From the NCBI GenBank assembly GCA_964057225.1, contig OZ059895.1:7378001-7442000 (forward strand): a stretch of DNA of 64,000 bases, read 5' to 3'. Below, one piece after another: positions 56,101-64,000 of the stretch. A model generated the notes under the pieces. It was given only the letters and a program-made list of their open reading frames with translations, was not told the DNA's origin and did no database searches. Source of the DNA: Auanema rhodensis (Eukaryota; Animalia; Nematoda). The translations under genes were made by a program, and so were the position numbers. How positions within the stretch are numbered: position 1 is the stretch's first letter; every line of letters starts with the position of its first letter.

Positions 56101-57631
56101 GTTGTTCTTTGATATGATCTATGTGTATCTCCTTTTTATATCTCTCACTGTTTGATCGCCTATCTCTCACTCACTCTCTCTCTCTCTCTCTGTTCCTCTT
56201 TTACTTAACAAGAGTATATATATATATATATTTATACAAGCAGAAAAAGTAGAGGCAGATGCGCATAGCTAACATGACAAAAATGACCTCAAATTAGCAA
56301 AATTGTTTTGAAAACAAACTATCATCAATCAGCTCAGCTGGTCTTAGCAAGCAACCTTCTCGTAGTTTTGTATTATTCTCTAAACCTTTGAACAGTACTA
56401 AACTAGCGTATATAATACAAAAGACAGTATCATTATTCCTCCTTCGCTACAGTATTACATATTGCTACATTTCGAATATTGAATTATCTATTAAATTGTG
56501 ACGGACTATCTCACGCTCAACTATTGTTCAGAATAGCTGTACAGAGCATTATGAAATAAAGAGACCGACAAGTATAAAGCAGCACGAACATTGGCATACT
56601 GTGAAACATACATATTTATATTCTGACAGAATACAAACGTATTGAAAAGCAATATATCGTCGAACTGTATGCACTATTTCAATTTCTCCTAAATTCATCT
56701 CACATCTATACATATAGATATCTAAAAGAGACACAAAGAATTGTAGTATATTAACTGACACACGATACAATTTCGGTGCCTTCTACATTGATGATAAATG
56801 ACTACTTGTCAACTTAACGGTAAGAAAATTGACAGGCACGATTCTGTCTGTTTCGTTAAAGCATATCCTTAACCACTATGGCATCCCACCCAACCACCAC
56901 TAAGAACTAATTAATCATTCATTAACTGTTTCTCTGTCCTTTCTCAAATAGCTATTATCCGTTTAAAGAAAATCGACTGAAAAACCATATAGAACTGGGA
57001 TAATAAAAACGAATCACATTTTCAATTTTCTTAAAGTCAGGGATGTGCTTGATATGAAAATCAAAAAAAGGATGAATATTAACTACGAAAATGACTATGA
57101 GTTTAGTCAAATACAACTTAATTTTTCTAACATGTTATCGTCTTCAGCTTCATTAGAAAGCATGAAAAGCCAGCATGGCTTTCAACACTAATACATTCTG
57201 AGAGAGACATGACAATGCTCAATATTCAATGTCAAATCCGATTTCGTGACGTACTCCCATTATGTTTGTTTGCTTAGCTTATGCAATAATGGTCTAATCA
57301 CAATGACTTATTTGGAGGGATTGGCAAAGCTAAAATCACTGTACGTAACTTGTCAAAACTCTAAGTAAAAAATAAATCAAAAGCATATAACGATAGTCCA
57401 ATCTGCTCTTCATGCACTTCCAGATAAGAAGATTCATGAAATTGAATGGTATTCTCCTTAATCCTCCAATTACATTCGTAAGAAATTTCGGAAATATGAT
57501 ACAGAGTTGAGCATGCTGGACACGCATAAAGCGCTTATGGGGAAATTTGAGATGATAATAGCATTAGGGAAGACGAAATCACAGCATCCGCCTATTACAT
57601 TATTTTTAAAGAAATCAAGCAGAAATTCGTC
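53200..57631 (-). pseudogene. Decayed Flamingo/CELSR (fmi-1-like) relic, segment B: GAIN/GPS, 7TM and cytoplasmic tail
   Basis: Collinear fragments, several flanked by splice-like sites: [25 protein letters not shown] (~57540), [16 protein letters not shown] (~57145), [10 protein letters not shown] (~56780), YRCEMNL..IAFQY (~56680), ILVGLFIS (~56565), TM1 [28 protein letters not shown] (~55900), TM2/3 LVFVHR..RNFM/CAWL (~55400), TM4 [21 protein letters not shown] (54922-54845, TGA at 54901-54899), TM5 [13 protein letters not shown] (~54650), TM6 G*ACGLFASILKIP (~54015), tail SAKEESDDT (~53290). Recalled FMI-1 counterparts include LLVGIVFPCLISFTTFFVTDQC, LSFYAAATSVLVS, GLFANQLPLP and SAQDEADDA. 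By-eye only. Confidence 0.7.
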
Positions 57632-60000
57632 CTAGTAATTTTATGGATATCAACTTTTGGGGATTCTCAAAAAAAAAATAAAGATGACTAACTGATTCCT
57701 GGGGAGCACCTCCAAGTGGACTGCCACCGAGATTCATTCCTCCAATCATGTTACTCATCATGTTCATGAATTCGGGAGAGAGACCGTTAACAGATCCAGC
57801 GCTATAAATAGAAAAACATTTGGTAACCAAGGAAACACGACGTTACCTAGCAGTTGTACTTCCTGTGCTTGTGTTTGACTGAGGGCTGCTAGATTCAGGA
57901 GCTGATGCTAAAACACCGCCAGACAATATTAAGCTAAACAAATAATAATAACTATAAAAACCAACAAAAAATACCGAGCTATATCAGGTGCTTCTCTTCT
58001 CAAAACATCAATTCCCTGGTATATTTGTCTAACAGCTTCATTGACTTGAGGATTAGCCATAGCTAATAAGTGCTCAGGACGAGTCATCTAAAAAATAAAA
58101 TACTTCAGAAATGAAAAATTATCACTTACAAAATTAATTACTTGTGGCATGTGTTGATTCACATGGTCCGCAAGTTCAGCGTTATTTGGATCTCTTTGCA
58201 TCATCTGAAATTAAAGGGAATTAGAATATATCAATAAAACATTTCTAAAAACCTGTTGAACAATATTGGGCATAACCTGGGAGAGCATCTGTTCAATATT
58301 TTGACCACTTAATAAGTCTAAGTCAAAAAATTAGAAAAAAAATAATTTTAAAATTTATCACTTTCTATTCCTTCAAAAGCTGCTCCATCTAAACCCTCGA
58401 CTGGACCCAAATCAGCAAGACTAGCACCCAAATCTGGAATACCTCCGCCACCTCCACCGCCACCAGAAGAAGGAGGGCCCCAAGGATTAGGTAAGGCTTC
58501 ACTGTTCTCTACACCTGCTCGCTGACTACGAGATGCTGCAAAGTTGTATATATTAAATATGTAAGCGCTAACTGCATTACAAGTATCTTCTTCCCCACTA
58601 CGAGAGGCAAATGGATTTCCTGCAAAACCGGCTACAGTTCCATTCAACAAAGGCTCCTGAACATCATGATATAAACGTTGAAGAGCAGCTTCTCCTCCAG
58701 GAATTCCCTAAAAAATTATATTTTAATTATAATTACAGAATTCAAGCGATTGAATCAAAAATTCTTTCTCCTTTTATATGACACTTATACTTATATATTA
58801 ATTAAGTATTACAGTGTAGATACAGAATCATCGATTAGAAGCAATTTTAAATAAATCAGATATATTTAATATTACAGTTGTATAGCTTTGATAAAACATT
58901 AGTAATAATACCAATTATAAGAATAGTTCAAAGAAACAGGTATAATTAAAGTTTCTGATTATTATTAATGTTTTAATTAATTTCCAATTACAGAAACAAT
59001 CAGATGCCATACGTTTAAATAAATTGCTATTATGATTACCAGCTTTTGAGTTTAAAATTAGCTCAATACATATTTGAAATACTCACTTGTAAATTTCTGA
59101 TTGCTAGGTCATGAGAACGCAACATTTCTTGATACATATTGGGATTTCTTAAAAGTTCCATAGTTTGACGTAAAACGTCAGGGTCATTTAGAATATGTCC
59201 AACTTCAGGATTTCTCTGAACCAATAATTATTGATTTCATATTATACATTTAATTTCACCTCAATAATACTTTGAATTTGTGGATTATTTGCAAACATTG
59301 AGCGCATAATATCAGGACTATTCAAAAGTCTTTGAACAAGCGGACTTTCCATCATTCTTCTCAGTCTATCGGGAGTAGGGCGAAAGAGTGGTGAAGCTCC
59401 CTATTGTTAACTATATTAATTTTGAAATGAAACTTATAACAAACCGCGGCGTTTTGATCAGCAGGTGGTAGACCACCAGCATTTGGGCTTGGAGGGGGAG
59501 CAGGAGTCTAAAATTCAAAAATGATGACAAATTCAGTAGTCATAGATTCACCGAATTATTAGTATTAGCTTGAGCTGGCTGGGCAGCAGGAGTAACGTTT
59601 GGAGTTGGACGCTAAAAAAAAAATAAATAAGCAATATTCAAATATAAATTACCAAAGTACTATTATTTTGACGAACAACGAGATGAATAGCCATTCCATC
59701 AGTTATATCTAAATTAAAATAAGATATTTTATTTCATGTTCTCTGTAACAAACTGTGCTGTACTAAAGTCTCAGGATCTTTCAAAATTTTTCCAGAAAAT
59801 ATTAGACAAAGTTGAGCTTTTGTCGCATTTTCTATTTTCGTCAAGATAATATCTTTCACCTTAAATATATTGTATTTTAATTATTAAATTCATTTACTCA
59901 CTTCAGAAACACTTGCTGTAGCTGCGATGGAGATATCGAAAGAATTAACAGTGCTTTTAATGTTTAATTTAATATTACTATCCTCTTCTGTTTCCGGCAT
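54260..60000 (-). CDS. ubql-1: Ubiquilin (UBL-STI1-UBA proteasome shuttle), ~517 aa, 16 exons
   Basis: Exons 60000-59902, 59859-59754, 59708-59653, 59611-59552, 59507-59445, 59400-59260, 59215-59087, 58707-58581, 58535-58362, 58317-58253, 58204-58130, 58087-57975, 57933-57847, 57801-57693, 54452-54368, 54324-54260; all phase-consistent. UBL: [36 protein letters not shown]1: [71 protein letters not shown]: [42 protein letters not shown]. Confidence 0.95.
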
Positions 60001-60610
60001 CTTTGCTCGACCTTTCTAAAGCAAAAAATTAACAGTAAAAAATCTAAGCTTCCTCAGGAGATGTAATAGATTTTTGGTAAATAATAAATATAAATAATAC
60101 AAAATAAATATTAATATTAAGATGAAAGATCAGTCATTCAATTTTTCACAGGCTGGCTACATGACGTCACTGCGCTACCGTAATCCAAATATCAAAAAAT
60201 GGATTCTTGGTACGAGACGTGCGAAGAGGCGGGACATTACGAGACGTTAGCCAATCATATGAGGCCACACGTAAGTACTGCTGGCATTGTGTGCGTCTCC
60301 GTTGTGCTAGAAGGATCTCCATTCCATCCCTTCGTGGTCTCGGACTATCGGGCGGTTCATCTAATTTTCATAGTTTATTTCTATTTCAAATTGAACTATC
60401 TCATAACTTAAAGTTGTGCTTGTCCTCTCTACATTGAAAGATTTGTGTAACTTTAAGCACAATTGTGTATCCTACATAGGAATTCTCGAAGATAATATCT
60501 ATCATTGTTTTTGTATCGAAATTCCTCTTTTCTAAATAATGCATAGTCTTGGTTCTTTTAATTTTACATGGAAACTTATTTTATATTTTTAGGTAAGCAA
60601 CTAGGTAAGA
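60001..60610. promoter_or_regulatory. Divergent (probably bidirectional) promoter region between ubiquilin and PDI-3
   Basis: Head-to-head ATGs 610 bp apart. GC-richer core 60150-60360 with TGACGTCA (60162-60169), TACGAGACGT twice (60211, 60238) and CCAAT-N9-CCACA (60251-60269). Acceptor-like tttag sites before both ATGs (60017-60016 minus, 60591-60592 plus). Confidence 0.7.
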
Positions 60611-62912
60611 ATGAAGATCATTCTTCTTCTTTCGGCCGTCGCCCTGGCCGTCTCTGCCGGTGGAGATGTTTTCGAGTACACCGATAGCAACTTCGATGAT
60701 ATGATTAAGCAACACGAAGTTGCTTTGGTCAAATTCTATGCACCATGGTAATTTTTAAAAATTAATTAATTGTGGGATCTTGAACATTTTCGCTTGATTA
60801 TTTGTTGAAACTAGCTGAGACCTTCAAATGTTCTAGAAGGGTCATAGATTTTCGATTTGAAAACTGCGTTGATGCGTTCTCTTTTTAAGAGATATTCCAA
60901 CAAGGGCGAATATAAAACGGAATAAGTCTTGTTTTTTTTTAGGTGCGGACATTGTAAAAAAATGGCTCCAGAATTCGATACCGCTTCTTCCAAATTGAAG
61001 AACAATGATCCCCCAGTTGCTCTCGTCAAGGTTTGTTTCTTTTTTTTTTTAATAATAAGGCTTGCAACGTGGAAGTGGTAGTATGCGATAAGGGTTATCA
61101 GGGTAGTACTAGGTCAAGGTCAGCAATGTTTGCTTCACATACAGATCGGAAAGTTGAAGAGCAGTTGATTTAAAGAGAGAGAGAGAGACATTAATGTTTC
61201 CTTTGCTTTATGCAGCTGCGTAGCCCAATTTACTCACCTGAGATACAATATTGCTCGTTGAACTAGACCGTATGCGGAATGCGAGCAAGTTAGGACTATA
61301 TATTGAGCAAATATGAAAAAATTGTTTTGAAATGTTATCAACATATGTGTATTTGTCCATACGCACTATAAAATCTCTTATCAAGTACATCATTATAGTT
61401 TCATTTTAGGTTGACTGTACCACCGAAAAAGAAGTTTGCGAGAAGTTCCAAGTCAAGGGATTCCCAACTCTCAAGATCTTCCGTCATGGAGCCGTTGCTC
61501 AGGATTATGATGGTCCAAGAGATGCCGCCGGTATCGTTAAGTACATGAGAGGACAAACTGGACCTTCTGCCAAGGAACTTAAAAACCTTAAAGAGTTTGA
61601 GAAGTTCACCTCTACTGATGAGACCGTTGTTGTTGGTATGTCTGATTTATTAATATCTTTTCATTCATTCAATCTTAGGATTCTTCGAAGGAGAAAGCAA
61701 ACTGAAGGATTCTTTCCTTAAGGTTGCTGATACTGAGAGAGACAGATTCAGCTTTGCCTACTGCTCTGTTCCAGAGGTTCTCAAGAAGGTTGGATTCTCC
61801 GAGTAAGTTTGTAATTTTGAAATCTGAAAAAAAACCGTTAATGTTTAGTGATATCATTGTTTACGCCCCCAAGAAGCTCGCTACCAAGTTTGAGAGCAAT
61901 GAATACAAATATGATGGAAATTACGACACTGACAAGATCAAGAACTTCCTTGTTCATGAAACGTAAGTGCCTGTTGCCTGATTTTATCATACAGTTATGT
62001 TTTAGTGTTGGATTAGCCGGAATCAGAACTCAGGGTAACCTCTTCCAATTCGAATCTAAGCCAATTGTTGTTGTTTACTACAACGTTGATTACGTTAAGG
62101 ACCCCAAGGGTTGGTTAAAATATTTTATCATATTCTATGTTATCGTTTATCAGGATCCAACTACTGGAGAAACAGAGTTCTCAAGGTTGCTCAAGATTTC
62201 AAGCGCAAGGTTCAATTCGCCGTTTCCAATAAAGAGGAATTTGCCTCTGAAATCGAAACCAATGGTCTTGGAGAGAGAAAAGACTCTGATAAGCCTATTG
62301 TTGCCATTCTTACCAACGAAGGAAAATACCCAATGGAAGTTGAATTCAGGTACATAATTAAGTTTATTAATGTTTGATATTTGTATTGTTCTAGTGTTGA
62401 CAACCTTAAGACTTTTGTTGAGTCTGTTCTTGCTGGAGACGCCGAACCATACATGAAGTCCGAGCCTATTCCAGAGGAGCAAGGAGACGTTAAGGTTGCT
62501 GTTGGAAAGAACTTCAAGGATCTCGTTCTCAATTCCGACAAAGATGTTCTTATTGAGTTCTACGCTCCATGGTGTGGACACTGCAAGACTCTTGCTCCTA
62601 AATACGAAGAACTTGCCACCAAACTCAAGAACGAAGATGTTATCATCGCTAAGATGGATGCTACTGCCAATGATGTTCCCCCACTTTTCGAAGTTAGAGG
62701 GTAAGTATTGCTTGTTCTATATGTCAATTTATGCCATCTATCACAGATTCCCAACCCTCTTCTGGCTCCCTAAGAACGATAAATCGAACCCAGTACCATA
62801 CAACGGAGGACGTGAAGTTAAGGACTTCGTAAACTTCATTGCCAAGCGTTCCACTGATGGACTTAAAGGATTCGGAAGAGACGGAAAGAAGAAGAAGAAG
62901 ACCGAGTTGTAA
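60611..62912 (+). CDS. pdi-3: Protein disulfide isomerase A3 / ERp57-ERp60 type, ~486 aa, 9 exons
   Basis: Exons 60611-60747, 60943-61030, 61410-61635, 61679-61802, 61849-61962, 62006-62109, 62154-62349, 62395-62700, 62747-62912. Signal peptide [16 protein letters not shown], two [10 protein letters not shown] sites, PDIA3-typical [24 protein letters not shown], basic C-terminus KKKKKTEL. Confidence 0.97.
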
Positions 62913-63117
62913 GATGTTTATAGTCTAATTTATTTTCTCCTATATTATGATGTGTGATAGCCTTTTGCAATTCTCATGCTTGTTTTAAAATTCACGGTTT
63001 CTATTTGACGGTTGTTTATGTTGTTTTTTATGGGAAATACTACTTTCATCCTTACCCACAAGTTTAGAATCACTTCATGTGGTCTTAATTTGGTTTGGCT
63101 CTTGTTAAATCGTTGAT

Positions 63118-63123
63118 AATAAA
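63118..63123 (+). terminator. Candidate polyadenylation signal AATAAA of pdi-3
   Basis: AATAAA ~205 nt after the stop, at the end of a T-rich 3' UTR; a second copy near 63167. Confidence 0.5.
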
Positions 63124-63794
63124 TATTTTCCACTATTCTATTTCAATATACACCTTCAAATATACCAATAAACATAAGAAAAAGACTATTTGAATTAGCG
63201 GGCCTGGTCCTACTGCGAATGTCACATCCTACAGGCGTGGCGGTTGCGTTGCGGCTTTGACATAAGAAACGCTCCGTAGTTTATAAAGTTAGAGCATGGT
63301 ATATATATGCATTAATTTATTCATGCCTTTATTTGCATATTTTCATTATAGTTAGTTTTTTTCAAGCTTATTATGCATTAATACATAGTAAGCAAAGCTG
63401 CTGTTAACTGGAAAGACCCTGCTGACTCGGATGTGTTTTAAAATGGGTAGTTAGCAAAATTAATCTACCATAGTCGCACACAGTTACTTGTATATGTCTT
63501 TAATAAGCAATTATTATTATAATTAATGATGTATAAAGATTTTTTACTTACTGAAATATTCTTTAAAGTTCACAGAAAATCACTTATCGTACTGTCTAAT
63601 CTTTTAAAATGCTATCAAAAACTGGAAAATCAACTGCGAGCAGGTGGTGTGCCGCTCTTAAAAATTTTTTTGTGGTTTTTTGTTTTCAAACATCCTCTAA
63701 TTATATTGATAGTTCGTAACTTTCTCTTCTGACCCAAAGCTAAAGTTCTTATCATTGGAGCATTTAGATCAGGACGTGTAGAATCCTGTAGCAA

Positions 63795-64000
63795 ATGTGG
63801 CAGGAGGAATCCGAAGATTCTTCCTCGAATTCGGATAATAGTGAGGATGATGCCGTGATTGAAGCTGCAAAGTCCGCAGAAGCAGTAAGTAAAAATTGAA
63901 TGATAAAATACTTGTGAAACAAAAATATTACATTTTTATAATCATTCAGGCCCAAGAAAATGATATGCTCTCACCCACAGAAGATGCTCAGGCCGGATCT
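63795..64000 (+). CDS. 5' end of an unidentified gene (acidic/Ser-rich N-terminus), continues beyond the window
   Basis: Acceptor atttag at 63766-63767, in-frame TAG, then ATG at 63795. Exon 63795-63884 MWQEESEDSSSNSDNSEDDAVIEAAKSAEA, donor gtaagt, acceptor ttcag, exon 63950-64000 AQENDMLSPTEDAQAGS stays in frame. Confidence 0.7.

Noticed and set aside
3568-59415. Frequent TAACTATA/TATAGTTA 8-mer
   Set aside because: Only about two-fold above rough expectation and confined to TA-rich blocks.
60820-60845. Heat-shock element TTCTAGAA in pdi-3 intron 1
   Set aside because: Only two nGAAn units in register.
62150-62754. Minus-strand ORFs over pdi-3
   Set aside because: Antisense shadows caused by strong codon bias.
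1-64000. tRNA, rRNA, CRISPR array or intact transposon
   Set aside because: No cloverleaf/B-box, rRNA, spacer-repeat array, transposase ORF or long terminal repeats recognised.

Overview
Eukaryotic, AT-rich nematode (rhabditid-like) genomic DNA, with ~45-nt introns, TTTCAG/TTTTAG acceptors and probable trans-splice sites. From left to right: (1) a minus-strand Spalt/SALL zinc-finger gene (sem-4 orthologue) running off the left edge. Its tiny first coding exon carries the SRRKQxKP NuRD motif, lies 12 kb upstream at 17308-17386, and is absent from the ORF track. (2) A ~34-kb gene desert upstream of it, built from (GA)n tracts, AT blocks and small GC-richer islands with recurrent motifs. (3) A heavily decayed, scrambled relic of a Flamingo/CELSR (fmi-1-like) gene at ~51.1-57.6 kb, interleaved with (4) an intact 16-exon ubiquilin gene, whose two UBA exons sit between the relic's TM5 and TM6 remnants. 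(5) A ~600-bp divergent intergenic region with ERSE/CRE/ACGT motifs. (6) An intact 9-exon PDI-3/ERp57 gene. (7) The 5' end of an unidentified acidic-N-terminus gene. The most unusual observation is the Flamingo relic and its interleaving with ubiquilin. That call rests on by-eye comparison with my recollection of C. elegans FMI-1 and needs a tblastn/HMM check. Most short ORFs in the track are microsatellite artefacts.
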